Positions 13,124-27,250 are shown, counted from the stretch's first letter. The stretch: DNA of 64,000 bases from Eledone cirrhosa (GCA_964016885.1 OZ024761.1:2728001-2792000); one strand, 5' to 3'. Notes: generated by a model from the letters alone, not told the origin. Numbers and translations: made by a program.

Positions 13124-16031
13124 AAATTTCAGGTTATCAATAATGTAGTGATAATATATCGTCACGTTAGAGATGAACAGCGTACGTGTAGGTTTGCTCA
13201 ACGAGTATAAATTATATTCCGGAGAAAATGTAGAAAAGATGAATATAAAATGAAAGTGCTTTTATATAGGAATTTATTAGGTATTGACATGTTTCTGTAA
13301 CAGACGGAATACCTATGTATCGCTACTTGCGTAATCATATAATGTTAGCAAGTATTCGATAGCAAATGTATAATCAGTTGTCACTTCTTCAGAGATATTG
13401 GATACATTGGAAAAAATCAGAAAAATTGAAGTATTTATATTAGTTGTAAGAAAGGAAGAAGAGAGGGGGATAGTATATGACAGATGGCAATTCAATATAC
13501 TGGTAAACAAGTATCTAAAAGGTTTCTAATGAGAATACAATGAGTATATGGTTTATTTTATCTAAATAAGAATTTTTGGGAGTGCCTATTTTAATCTATA
13601 CTTGACCAATTGAACAATGGACAGGGATGGTCGTTTGGTGTAGTAGTATTAATAGATATAAAGTGTCAATTAAGGAAGAGGGAGATTTTCACTGCTACTG
13701 AATAACAACAATGCTGGTAGCCTGCTGGTATATGTATTAGGGAATTGAATTAAGAAATCTCATTTTATCTATAGCAGTTTATATTAAATGGTAAAGAATA
13801 GAAGAGTTGATAGAATTAAGACTAATAGAGAATGTTAATATGTATTTTGACAATCAAATGGAGATGGAGACAGGCGTTCAATCCTGGTAGTGTTTGTAAT
13901 ATGAAAATGTAGATTTCAAGCGATGGTTACAGTATAACGATCGCTCTATTCTGTTATTTAATAAAATATTTTTTGATTTCATAATACAAAATAATTCGAT
14001 ATTACACAATTTACAAAATTCCTCTCCGTGGGACTATGCAGAGGCCAACACTATTATATCCCATTTTAGGTGAAATTGTTGGTTATTTTCGCGCAACTAC
14101 CAAGCCTTGTCTGCGAGTGTTGTAACATAACGCTGGTTTTCATGTTTTATTGAGTAACGATGTCTATAAAGGCGAGATTTGAAGGAGGTAGCTGTAGACC
14201 CCACATAGTACCACTTCTGGCTATCCGATTCGATAGTACATTTGTATATGATGTTGCGTTCAAGACACTGATTGTTCAACGGACACATTCCTGGTTGGAC
14301 ACAGTTACAGTTATAATTTTGCGTTGTTGTATTGGCATGGATGGGTTGATGAGGTTGCTTAGGTAGGACGGGATGTTGTTTGTTGTTTTGTGATGTTATA
14401 GCCGATGTTTTACGTGTATTGTTATGTGTTGGAAGGCGTTTATACAACCGTTTTGCGTTAAGCTTTTTTATATGTTGTTCAATATTAGGGGCGGTTGAAT
14501 ATGAAAGTCGAATAGTGTTAGGGTTTAAGATTTTATTATATTTATGTGATGTTGGAAAGTGTTTTTTAACTAATCGAAAGAATCGTGAGGGTAGATTGGT
14601 TTTAATAGATTTGTTATAGACCGGGTTGTACCATATATACTCTTTACATCGCCTTCTGTTTGGTGGTGTGCGACTATTAGTGTGTCTATTGCGGTAGTGT
14701 ATGTATGGTGGTGATTCTATGCTATTTCTACCTCTATGAGATTTATTTTGGGTGTTTTGGTGATCGTCGACTATATACTCTATATTTTCTAGGTGTTCAG
14801 CCTTCCTAAGTGCATCATCATAATATTCGGCATGTTCTTTGAAGGTTTGCTGGTTGGACGACAGGCGGGAGATTCTAAGGGAAATATTTCTAGGGATGGA
14901 TTTAATTATAGAGGGTGGATGGTTAGAACCCGTATTTACATATTTAAGGTTCTCATTTAGTTTATGGAACGGTTTAATCGTTTCTGTATTGAGATTCAAA
15001 GTAACATCAAGGAAATTAACCTCTTTGAGGTTATATTCAAATGTAATATTTAATCCTAGTTCCTTAAAAAGCTTTCTGATATTTTTACGCATCCTTTCTA
15101 AATTCTGGTTATTCATATGCTTAACTAATAGAAGCGCATCGTCACGGTATATTCCACCGTTGAGATCCTTGAATTTTCCTTGTAGTCTGTGAGTGATATA
15201 CATTCCCACAAGATCAGTTACTTCCGCCGAATCATTGGAACCCATAGAAATATCAAAATTAGAAGGTCTATCTTTGCGAACCCAGTAGCTATCATCAAAT
15301 TTAACAATTGTTTTCCTCGCTTCCATAATAATATTAATTTCAGCACCCGTAAGGTCGGAATTAGCCTTAGCGAACGAAAGAGCTTCATGCAGAGTATCAG
15401 GTGAAATTGAGGAATAATATTCATCAATATCGAACTGAATAAATTTTGATTTTTTCTTATCAGTAATGCTATTAAACCATCTTATTGCCTCATGGGTGTT
15501 ACCCCATAGTTTAATATCTACTTTAGCCTTAACTTGGGGGATAATTCTGTCTAGTATATATTTGCTAATTTTGCCTGTATCAGATTTAGAGGGGCATATA
15601 AGTCTAATTTTAGGGTCAGTATCAAAGTTTACCTTGTGGTCCTTCAGGTTGAAGGATGGTGTAGCTGGTGTTAAGGGTTGCGTTCTATCGTCAATACAAA
15701 GTTTTTTAACAATTTCACATGCCGAGTTGTTGATGTTTTTAAGTGCAACTTCATTAGTTTTCTTGTATTTTTTATGCAATTCCTTACGGATGAAGTTATT
15801 GTAAGTGTCCACATCCATGGTATATAAGTTTGATGTTTTGTCTGCTCTAACAATAATTCCATTGGCGTTTTTTAGATTATTGAGCAGTGCCGTGATGTCA
15901 TTCTGTAGTTTATTGTTTTTCTGTTTTGTAAATTTGATCTCCATGATCATATCCATTAGGTCTTGTTCAAATGCATCCAAAAGTGGGTGGGTTTTTGTAA
16001 GATTTAAATCCAAATTTATCCTTGTTAACAT
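13123..16031 (-). mobile_element. 5'-truncated Penelope-like element, family B (RT, GIY-YIG and 3' UTR)
   Basis: Contains ORF 14097-16031; the AT-rich 3' UTR runs to (TA)n at ~13123, with an HHR-like remnant GAAAC-AT-GTC at ~13286-13295 (-). Confidence 0.85.
13890..16031 (-). pseudogene. PLE family B reverse transcriptase and GIY-YIG endonuclease, disrupted
   Basis: Motifs ADKTSN, FDIDEYYSSI, MGSNDSAEV, GIYRDD, FLDVTL, SNHPP, CNC..CPL..CL, IIYKC..YYVGST. TAG stops at 14097 and ~14034, then ..CKLCNIE..CNHR; frameshift near 15990. Confidence 0.9.
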
Positions 16032-16935
16032 CCTTAGGATTGGATTCCATTGTGAATTGTATGTTATTATCTATGTTGTTTATCATGTTTTTAAACATAG
16101 TAAGTGAGTTCATGTCTTCTTGCCATAGGATAAAGCAGTCGTCTAGATATCTTTTCCAATTGGCTTTGAGGTGTGTGTGGAAAGAGTCTCCAAATAAGAG
16201 AAGGGACTGACTGTATATTTGTTGTTCATGGAATCCCATGACTAGGTTGGCATATGTGGGTGCTACTTTCGTGCCCATTGCCGTACCTGATACTTGTCTG
16301 TATGTTGAACCATTGAATGTGAAGTAGTTATTTTGTAGGATAAAGCCGAGTCCGTCAGTGATAAAATCTGTGTTGATGCGTGTCGGTATTTCTGATGGGT
16401 GTGTGTTAAGCCAGTATTGGACTGCTGTTATTCCATAGTTGTGAGGTATGTTTGTGTAGAGGTTTATTGCGTCAAAGGAGACAAGAATTGTATTTGCACT
16501 TACTGTTTTAGGGAGGTGTTTCAGCATGTCAAGGTCATCTCGTATGTAGCTCTGTATATGTTGTAGAAAGGGTTTCAGTAGGATGTCCAGAAAGTTGCTA
16601 AGTCTGTGGGTTTCACATGTAGGGCCTGCTATAATTGGCCTGAGTTTTAGGTTTTCTGGTGGTGTTAGTTCAATGTAATTGTTGGTTGAGGTGTCACATG
16701 CATCGTTTATGGGTTTACATTTGTGAAGTTTCGGTAAGCCGTAAAAAGAGCTTGTATTGCATTTGAAGTGGCTTATATAGTTAAACTCTTTTGTGGTTAA
16801 GCTGTTGCGGTATTTATTCAGTAAGGTCAAAAGGTTCCCCATTGTTTTGGTGTGTTTGTAGTTTTCTGTTTTTTCATAGTATGTGTTGTTTTCTAAAATG
16901 TTAAGTGCGAGGGTCCTATAGTAGTCCGTATTCAT
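16032..16935 (-). pseudogene. PLE family A reverse transcriptase core (inverted segment)
   Basis: Motifs FYGLPKLHK, RPII, SFDAINLYTNIPH, GTAMGTKVAPTYANL, WKRYLDD, IQFTME. Confidence 0.9.
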
Positions 16936-16950
16936 AGTAGTCCGTATTCA

Positions 16951-17839
16951 TATATTCTATAAACCCACAGATTCCAAGCAATACCTCTTTTTCACATCAA
17001 GTCACCCAAAACATACAAAACTTAACATTCCTTACAATTTGGCCAAACGTATATGTACCATAGTATCAGATCCACCTAAACGGGAGCAAAGACTAAAGGA
17101 ACTAAAAGACACCCTTATCTTAAGAGCCTTTCCACTTGAAATAATCAACAATGGAATAGACAGGGCAAAACACCTAAATCCCCATCAACTTAACAATCCA
17201 AAACAGAAAACCACACTCAACACCCTGCCATATGTATCCACTTTCAACCCCAGAAATACCGAAATGTTTGATCACCTACACAAAAACCTCCCCATCCTAC
17301 TTAAAGATGTAAAAATGAAGTCTATTCTTGAAACACACAAGATCCTTAAAAGTAAAAGACAACCCAAATCACTTAAACGCATTCTCACTGGACCAAATAT
17401 ACCCAAACCAATCCTCAACCCTACAGTTACCAAATGTGGTAGAACAAACTGTGGAACGTGCCTCTACCTCACTGAAGGACAAACATTTACATTCAAAGAT
17501 GGCCAAACATTTACAGTAAAAAACAATTTCACCTGCAACTCGGAGAACTTGATTTACGCAATAACTTGCGGTGGGTGCAAACACAACTACATAGGACAGA
17601 CGGGCACCTCATTACGCAAAAGAATGACCATCCACCGCCAACAAATCCGGGACGCTAACACAAGAAAAATCCCCTTGAGCAGCCATATTGCGAACTGCGC
17701 AGGAATGACACTACCCAACTTTAAAATCTTCCCCTTCTACAAGTGCTCAGATTCGTTCACACAGCAACAAAGAATAAACAAAGAAAATCTATTCCTTAAC
17801 AAATTTAAACCAAAACTAAACGGGTTATCACCCCAATAG
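16951..17839 (+). pseudogene. PLE family A thumb, Cys linker and GIY-YIG endonuclease (Neptune-like, tentative)
   Basis: IFYKPTDSKQYL..SSHPKHTKLNIPYNLAKRI, CGRTNCGTC, LIYAITCGGC, NYIGQT, LRKRMTIHR, PKLN. Confidence 0.9.
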
Positions 17840-18312
17840 AATTGTCATAAAATATAAACACACATACGCACGGAATCACTACTATTAAAGACCAGAGACC
17901 AATTCTGTAGAATCAGGTTTATTCATTGACAGACCATGCCTTTGTGTGACCAACACATCCATGTTAAACCCTGCACGTGCACACACATATATCTATATAT
18001 ATATGCGCACACAGAATTCACCACTGTCGGTTGCGGGGCCCAATCTACATGAAGAACTCAATGTGATCAGAATGACTTGTATTTTAATTTCACTGCCCCA
18101 ACTTCTTATATTATGGAAAAAATATGTGTCTGTATGTATATATATATATATATATTTGAAGGCCATTTCTCTGTGTGTGGGTGTATGTATGTGTATATGT
18201 GTGTGTGTGTGTATGTGTGTGCATGTGGATGTATGTATTGTGTGTGCGTGTGTGTGTGTGTGTGTATGTATGTGGGTATCTGGATGTATGCGTATGTGTA
18301 TATATATATATA

Positions 18313-18359
<47 letters not shown>

Positions 18360-18453
18360 GTGTGTATGTGTGTATATATATGTGTGTGTGTGTGTATGTT
18401 TGTATGTGTGTATGTATATATATATGTGTGTGTGTGTGTGTATGTATGTGTGG

Positions 18454-18501
<48 letters not shown>

Positions 18502-18568
18502 ATATATATATATGTGTGTGTGTGTGTGTATGTATGTGTGTATCTGGATGTATGTGTATGTATATATA

Positions 18569-18625
<57 letters not shown>

Positions 18626-19306
18626 ATGTGTATATATGTGTGTGTGTGTATGTGTGTATGTATATGTATGTGTGTGTGTATGTATGTGTGTATATGTATA
18701 TATATATATATATATGTATATGTATATGTATGTATGTGTGGATGAAGGTATGTGTGTATATATAGGTGTAAGTGCACTAAATCCCTTTCTATCACGCTCC
18801 ACTCTCCTACCCATCACAGGAAGATATGTGTATGTATATTGCTTCCACCCCCTCACTGACCAGCAGCTGGCCAGTTGGTGATTGCTAAATCTGACCTTTA
18901 TAAAATAACCCACACCCTAAATAACTTCTCATTCACTACCAGAAAGGGACACAGCAGTCAACCTGTTGTTGCTACCTAGATGAAAACTGCTATGAAATCC
19001 CACAATGAATTTTATACTTGAATTTTCAAGTCTCAAATTTTAACTCTTCGTATTATTAATTTTTCTTAATATTAATCAACATTTGAAAAGATGGCTTTTG
19101 CAGACCCATCGAAACCGGTCATTTTTTATACCCTTTATTATTTCCTTACCTTATAAAATTATGTTTTTTCACAAAAAAGTATTCTGTCTCTTATATATTC
19201 CATGTGCCATTACCAACCTCAATTTTCTCTCTATATATATATATACATATATATATATACATATATATATACATATATATATATATATACATAAATATAT
19301 ATATAC

Positions 19307-19351
<45 letters not shown>

Positions 19352-19363
19352 CATATATATATT

Positions 19364-19439
<76 letters not shown>

Positions 19440-20115
19440 TATGTATATATATATATATATTATATATATAAATATATATATATATATGAGTGTGTGTGTG
19501 TGTGTATGTGCGGATATAATTGTATGAATTTACTGTGTTGGACCGTACACGTGTAAATACGTACATACATATACACATATATCTAAAGTGTAGCTTGGAA
19601 GTTGTATTTGTGAAATATATTTTAATAACTAATTAACGAACGACGAGATAGCGGAATTTAATGTAATTTATAATTTATCATTTTTCCTCAAGTCTTCACA
19701 GAGGAGCGAATCCAAGAGAATATTGACACTAGAAAATATATTTCGAAAGGAATGTAAAAAGAAAATATGTTTTTCAATAGGATTTTTTCCTGTCTCAATT
19801 GTCATATTGACTATATTGGTTCTCTTATATTGGTTCTCTACTTATCCTTATTGGTTCAATAACGGAATGGCGTCCCTCTAAATCTCGTATTATACCACTG
19901 AAACGAGAAAACTCTTGCACGAGAAAAAATAATTACGAAAAATTTCATTTAAAATTAAATCCAATAACTATGAAAATAGAAGTAAGATGAAAGAAAATGT
20001 GTGAATTTTTTAATGTTTTACTTCAATGTTAAGAGATTCGCCATCTTAAGTTTGTAAGGGAAATAACGTGAAGAAAGTAAACATAACGATACATGTTTAA
20101 AAAGAGAATTCTCAT

Positions 20116-20148
<33 letters not shown>

Positions 20149-20150
20149 AA

Positions 20151-20207
<57 letters not shown>

Positions 20208-20221
20208 AGGGAGGCAGATGA

Positions 20222-20283
<62 letters not shown>

Positions 20284-20559
20284 TATATATATATATTATA
20301 TGCATCTCCATATAAATATACACATATATAGATAGTGAAAAAAGATAACAACGCCGATTAGTTACTCCTTCATTACGTTTATTGGTTGGTGACGCGCATT
20401 TCGCCACTGATCAGCTCAAGGTTCGATCTGTATCGATCTGACCCGACTCTGTTAACCGCGGCTCGTCAGACCCCTTGTAATGTTAATGGAAAAATGAATA
20501 CATACACTCCCTGGATATATAAATATATACGTTTAGTGAACATATATATATATATATAT

Positions 20560-21459
20560 AAAAGACGTATAATAAGAAAATTTTAGATGTACGCTAATGC
20601 TAGCAAATACACAGGTTATGTCATAGTACCTAGGTGGTTCGATGCAGGAGGATGCAGAACAATAATATATAAGACGTAAAATAAGAAAATTTTAAAAATT
20701 TTTTTAAAAATTAACTTACTAACATTTTCACTCCAACTAATTAGTTTCTGCAATGGGATAAAGACAGTTACGTAATCAAACTGTCGAGAATTCATTGCGT
20801 CATCAGGGAGTCTATTCTCAGCTAAGTCTCCAGGCAATGCGTGGACACTGCGGACTCATATAAAAATAATAATAATTCGGTAGATGGAACAGCTAGCGGG
20901 GACTGGATTCCATGCACTGAAAAGCTCGCTGCTTCTGGTCAAATGGCAAATTCTAAAGAATCAATCACGTGACACCGAGGCTAGTCGGTAGGAGTGGGAT
21001 GGTAAGATGACAGAAGCCTACTATCACACCAATAAATTAGTAGTGGTTTTGGCAGGTTTGCTCGACAAATAAGTAATTTGGAGATAAATATAGAGGATTT
21101 AGTATATCTACTAACATATGCGTACAGATGTACGCTAATGCTAGCAAATACACAGGTTATGTCATAGTACCTAGGTGGTTCGATGCAGGAGGATGCAGAG
21201 CAATAATATAAAAGTTCTCGACAGTTTGATTACGTAACTGTCTTTATCCCATTGCAGAAACTAGTTAGTTGGAGTGAAAATTTTAGTAAGTAAGTTAATT
21301 TTTAAAAAATTTTAAAAAATTTTCTTATTTTACGTCTTTTATATTATTGCTCTGCATCCTCCTGCATCGAACCACCTAGGTACTATAACATAACCTGTGT
21401 ATTTGCTAGCATTAGCGTACATCTGTACGCATATGTTAGTAGATATACTAAATCCTCTA

Positions 21460-21465
<6 letters not shown>
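20560..21465. mobile_element. PLE-terminus cluster of tandem and inverted copies with HHR
   Basis: 20586-20670 recurs at 21127-21212, and 21089-21214 is inverted against 21336-21462. HHR (-) at 20730-20811: actcc-CTGATGA-cgcaatg..cattgca-GAAAC-TAATTA-GTT-ggagt. Confidence 0.75.
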
Positions 21466-21510
<45 letters not shown>

Positions 21511-21514
<4 letters not shown>

Positions 21515-21700
21515 TGGATTGGCAGTATCGGTAGAGGGTCGGACGCCATGCTTTGACGCAAAGAGTTACGGCCCTTTCCATTCTGATTTCCATTCCCGCC
21601 GAGGTTAACTTTGCCTTTCATCCTTACGGGGTCGATAAAATAAAGTACCAGTAATACACTGGGTAACTGCTGGCCTTGTGCCAAAAGTAGGAACAATTAT
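21511..21700 (+). mobile_element. SINE family 1
   Basis: Full-length match to 4615-4801. Confidence 0.85.
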
Positions 21701-21724
21701 ATATATATATATATACCAGGATTT

Positions 21725-21784
21725 TTTCATTCTGATGACTGAAAGCAGATTTGTTTGCTTTCAAGATACCACTGGTAAATGAAA
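21725..21784 (+). ncRNA. HHR motif (GAAA mutated to GATA) in a ~160-bp solo insert between TA tracts
   Basis: tttcatt-CTGATGA-ctgaaagc..gctttcaa-GATA-CCA-C-TG-GTA-aatgaaa. Confidence 0.7.
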
Positions 21785-22139
21785 TAATTATCATATGTTG
21801 TTTATTACATAACTATTAAGCTCTGTAACCTACATAGAGCACTCTTTTTTCCTGGACCTTTCCGACGGAATTCATTTATATATATATATATTGAAAGTGT
21901 GAAGAATAACATAGTCAACAGTACCAAAAAGGGTTTTATTTACAGTCTAACAATTGTTTTACTGATTAAGTTGTCTAAAAATTGCTGAAAACTATAAGCT
22001 GTGCCACTCAATTTTAAATACTTTGTTAGCTTAACCAGATCACCAGAAAAGACTGTTAAAAGTATCCTCACCGTTTACGAATTCAAATTACAACATTATT
22101 TCTTTATTAATGGTGTTGTAATTTGAATTCATAAACGCT

Positions 22140-22480
22140 GGAGGTACCTGATCTTTCTACTATCTTAATATTAAATTTATGTTTATCTAGGGCCCTTCTA
22201 AATTTGTAAGCTAATTCATCTCTAGGGGTTGTATTGATGAACATTACACTCTGGTATTTATTGCTATCATACCATGAGTTTATTATATTAACCTTATTCC
22301 TAGCTCTTTCTATTCTATTCCAAAATTTGCTCCTGTACAAAGGGCAGGTCCCATTTGTATCATCATTTACCATTTTTTCCCATTTGGTTCTGGCTCCTCT
22401 ATATACTCTGATCTTATCTCTATGATTGTAACCAGAGAACTGCATACGGTGGACGAAGTGTTGTATGTGTCTCTCTAGGT
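22140..22480 (-). pseudogene. Internal fragment of PLE family C (thumb region)
   Basis: LERHIQHFVHRMQFSGYNHRDKIRVYRG..., nearly identical to 28505-28843. Confidence 0.85.
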
Positions 22481-23242
22481 GGAAGAAGAAGACAAAGAGG
22501 AAAAGAAAAGATGTATCTCTTTTCTTTTCCTCTTTGTCTTCTTCTTCCCCCTGTCTCATCCTATCACTTCCTTCCACCCCCTATTTTCTTCCTCGTCTGC
22601 TTTTCCCCTTTCGCCTACCCCGATGCAGCCCATCGGGCCTCTGTAACATCAGTTCCCCCACCCCTGTAATTTTAAGATAGAATTGGCCGAATACGTTTTA
22701 CTAACTACTTATAGCAGATGTGTTAAACCCCTTTAATTTTGTATCAGTTTTGTTACTACTTAACTTCTTATTTTTTTCTATTCTCAACTTATTAACCTGT
22801 AATTGTAAGATAGCATTGTGATTTTTTTTTATTCATCTCTCACTATCTAATTTTATATATTTTTTTATTTATTTCTATTATCTTTTATTGTCTCCTACTC
22901 TCATTCGATTTACATATTCTATAACCTGCCTCCCCCACTTCATACACTATCGTTAGAATCTGCTCTATACATATCACTCTCAACGCTTGACCGCTCCACT
23001 CACTCCCCTATTGTTCTACAGGCAAGTTCAGCCACCCCTACATCCCACCAAAAGCCATGATAGACTTATTTGTGTTTACAACAAATTTTAACCAATCCTC
23101 TTGACAACTACAATCTGCCCATATAAGGAAGTACCCCTTGACAAGTTCGGCTATTTATTCACCAGGCTAAAAATTCTAATGTAGTCCAGAAATAGCCGTC
23201 GAAATGGCTTGAGTCCTGTCGTCGGGGTCATACATTTTCCTA

Positions 23243-23245
<3 letters not shown>
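22480..23245 (+). mobile_element. Probable PLE 3' UTR ending in a degenerate HHR
   Basis: acccc-TTGACAA-gttcggctat..atagccgtc-GAAA-tggc..gtc-GTC-ggggt at 23133-23228, followed by (TA)n. Confidence 0.6.
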
Positions 23246-23304
<59 letters not shown>

Positions 23305-23325
23305 TATATTTATATATATATATAT

Positions 23326-23945
23326 AAACAAACAGCCCGAATTTGTAGCCGTACAGTGTTCGGCAACCATCGTTGCCCTTTTGTTGGTTGCTGAACACTG
23401 TACGGCTACAAATTCGGGCTGTTTGTTTACAAACAAACCGAGCATTATAATAAATGCTCAGTAAACCCATACGTACATATATATATGTGTATGTATATAC
23501 ATACTAGTGTAGTCTCTATACATATATGTATGTACGTATACATACTTATATTTAAGTATCAGCCGTACTAAGAGTGAGAAATGTAATTTAATTTTTTCCA
23601 TTTATCGTTTTCGGTACACCCGGCCGACTAACTCACTCGATATGCAAATTAGGCTGCTCGGCCGTTAATATGCATGAGGAAAGTATATACTTTCAAACGT
23701 TCAATCGACTGACAGGAAGGTATACGGTGCTGATGACAGCTAATAAGCAAGAAACTAGTTCATCGTTCCTTTGTCAGTATTGAACAAAAGGGCAACGATG
23801 GTTGCCGAACATTGTACGGCTACAAATTCGGGCTGTTTGTTTACAAACAAACCGAGCATTATAATAAATGTTCGGTAAACCCATACGTACATATATATAT
23901 ATGTGTGTATGTATATACATACTAGTGTACGTCTGTATACGTATA
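23326..23945 (+). mobile_element. Retrozyme-like element: short inverted head plus ~1.3 tandem units of ~414 bp, with HHR
   Basis: 23326-23367 is inverted against 23386-23428; ggttgc.gaaca.tgtacggc recurs at 23386 and 23800. HHR at 23724-23766: acggtg-CTGATGA-cagctaataagcaa-GAAAC-TA-GTT-catcgt. Confidence 0.8.
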
Positions 23946-24077
23946 TGTTTATATATATGTTTATATATATATATATATGTTTATATATATATATATATAT
24001 ATATGTTTATATATATATGTTTATATATATATATATATCTTTATATATATATATATGTTTATATACATATATACATA

Positions 24078-24134
<57 letters not shown>

Positions 24135-24220
24135 ATATATATATGTTTATATATATGTTTATATATATATATATATATGTTTATAAATATATATATATAT
24201 ATGTTTATATATATACATAA

Positions 24221-24298
<78 letters not shown>

Positions 24299-24313
24299 GT
24301 TTATATACATGTT

Positions 24314-24389
<76 letters not shown>

Positions 24390-24410
24390 AACATATATAT
24401 ATACATATAC

Positions 24411-25395
24411 AAGCTGATGTTGGCGTCTTGTAATGTGGTGACGTAGTTGGCAAGTGACGTGGAGTGCCTTAGTTTTTTGTGTCTGAAAGAGTGGAGATGT
24501 GTTCTAAATCTCGTTTTAAACTGGCCAGAGGTGGCCCCTATATAGTGTATAACTCCATTATGGCTAGTTACGGTGCATCTATAAATAACCTTATCAGGAA
24601 CAAAAAACTAAGGCACTCCACGTCACTTGCCAACTACGTCATATTACAAGGCGGCAACATCAGCTTCTCCACACACTGGGATATTGTCGGTATGGCTGCA
24701 CCCTACAACTTCAAGAGGAAATGCCAGCTCTGATCATGGAGCTTTTCTACATCATAAGAACACCTCACGAGCTCATAAACAGCCGAGCGGAATCAGTCAT
24801 AAATTGTAGACACCGAGTGCAGGCGTCGTACTTTGCCTGGGAAGCGACTGCGACATGAAAACTATAAACTGGGTCCCCCTGCCCTAACCATAATACCCCG
24901 GCGGGCAGGCGGTATAAACAAACATCTGTGAACCAAATGTACTTCACAGACCCTGCTGAAACAAGCATTAGTGAAGCAACGCCCACTAAATAATAAATGT
25001 GCATCCCAGACCCGACTTGAACTGGCACTAGTAAAACAACACACATAATATAAAGATGCTAAACACCAGCATATGAACAGGTATAAAAAACCAAGTGGGA
25101 CTAGATTGTTTGAACACCGACCTGAGTTACTCCCCCTGCTCTGCGATAACAACAGCATATGCACGTAGGCGAAGAATGAACTCTGATGTTAATTTAACCG
25201 TGAAAACCCTCCTGGGTCGTGTATTGATCTTTTTTTTTGTTTTCCATCCCCTTGATAAGCCCATTCCGGGCGAAACGTACGTAGGTGCATAATTATATAA
25301 ACATGTTTTAACAGTTTTAAACTTATTGTATTCATTTCCTTTATAAACGCTCTGCTTATTTTTTCTCGCCCACTAAATATTAACGCTTCTAATAT
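24411..25395 (+). mobile_element. Degenerate PLE 3' fragment (GIY-YIG tail, 3' UTR, HHR) with short 5' inversion
   Basis: [29 protein letters not shown] resembles the family B / 61.5-kb C-terminus. 24411-24480 is inverted against 24600-24666. HHR-like TTGATAA-gccc..gggc-GAAAC-GTAC-GTA at 25252-25283. Confidence 0.7.
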
Positions 25396-26145
25396 TTAAC
25401 CCTGTAGGCACGAGTATCGAGCACATCTGCACAAACTATTGGCAACTAAATATATGTATCGCCTATCTTTCCATTTTTCTCTCTCTCGATACTTAAACAT
25501 TCTATATGTATATATATATATATATATATAGTAGAATAATCGAGTATCGAAAAATCGGCGCACGAGTTCACGATAAACAAAATTCGATATGAGCGGCAGA
25601 GGGCTCAATAATTCAGATAAATCAGAGCTATAACTATCGTTAAAATACCGTCACACATAGAACAAGTCTATAATCAACCATACGACCGAAAAATTGCGAT
25701 CTGGAAGATTCGGGACACTCAGATAAAAAAAATCAATAAATCAATAAATCAAATGAATGTAAAAAGCATACCCGGACCCGCTAGAAAGATGGTAAATCTA
25801 GCTTCTTGGGTTTCTGTAAATCCTTAAACTGCCCTCTATCAGCTCACATAAAAATATATAAGACTTCTAGATGCCAGCGGACGGGAATTTACTTCCTCAA
25901 CGAGCTTTTGTCCAAACGAATGAAAAGGCATAACCCAGGTTAAATACGCACATGGAATTCAGCAAGGGAGATAACCTCTATATCCGCAAAAAATATTCGG
26001 GAAAATGTGGAAATACACATATCGAATAAGAGTGCTCAATAGACATGTTAAAATAAACAGGAGCTATTCATCATTTAATAGAATCGACAAAAAATGAACA
26101 ATAAAATTAACTGGTCAATAGATATATATATATATATATATGTTT

Positions 26146-26250
<105 letters not shown>

Positions 26251-26281
26251 ACATATATATATATGTGTTTATATATATGTT

Positions 26282-26355
<74 letters not shown>

Positions 26356-26461
26356 TATTTATATATATATAAACACACATATATATATATATATATAAAC
26401 ATATATATATACATATAAACATTTATATATATATAAACATATATATATGTTTATATATATA

Positions 26462-27250
26462 TATTGTTATACTTTGGGAGGGTCATGTTGCCAATAAGAA
26501 ACACACGCACCAGTTGCTTCACTTCAATTTATTATAAATTAAATTTATAAATTTAGGAATTTATAAATTTCCGGTTGGTTGGTTGGTTCCACAACCAGAC
26601 GATTGTTCATATATTGTCAAAGTTCTTTCGTCACACATTCTGTGACCTCTTCAGTGACTGGGGATTCTTTTCTTTGTTTGTGCGCCTCTCCTTTGTTCTG
26701 TCCTACGCCATCTTGTTTTTGTGTGTGTTGTGTGCTTAGTTTGCGCATCTGTTACATCCGGGTGTCTGTGTGTGTTTATATTTGTTTATTTATTTGTTTA
26801 TTTACATGTTACTGGTTGGTTGTTGGTTCTATGTGTGTGTGTGTTTTCATTTTGTCCTTAATCGTAAGTTGTGATGCTGCTGTTCCATTCATGCTTTCTA
26901 TTTAATTTTGGTTGGAGTTCATTTATGTTTATTGCTTCTGTGATTTGTCTAAACATTGCGTCTTTGCTGTGTGTAGATTCTATTTTTATTTTTATGTTCT
27001 CTAATTTACCCTTATGTTCTATTTTAGCATGTTGGTGGAGTACAGATGATTCTTTTTTATCTTGAAGCCTTCGCCAATGTTCATTTATCCGTTCTCCTAT
27101 ACTACGAGCTGTCTCACCTATGTACACTATATTCTTATCTCTACATTGTCATTCAGTACATCGTATGCTATATACTACATTTCTAGTTTTACAGTAAATA
27201 TGGGGGCTTAGTTTACAGATTATACATTTCTTATCGAAACAGGGAGGTCA
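26462..27250 (-). mobile_element. Inverted 3' segment of PLE family C (GIY-YIG, 3' UTR, HHR)
   Basis: Inverted copy of ~28890-29676; YIGETARSIGERINEH; HHR at 26615-26658 (-). Confidence 0.9.

Larger units (their letters stand above)
16032..19228 (+). mobile_element. 5'-inverted PLE family A with a microsatellite-expanded 3' UTR and degenerate terminal HHR
   Basis: RT segment is inverted relative to the EN segment. HHR-like TTGAAAA-gatgg..ccatc-GAAAC-CG-GTC at 19083-19120; ends at (TA)n. Confidence 0.8.

Noticed and set aside
15967-16935. Functional fusion protein between PLE families A and B
   Set aside because: The fused frame ends 22 codons after the junction, A is 5'-truncated, and B's N-terminus is frameshifted.
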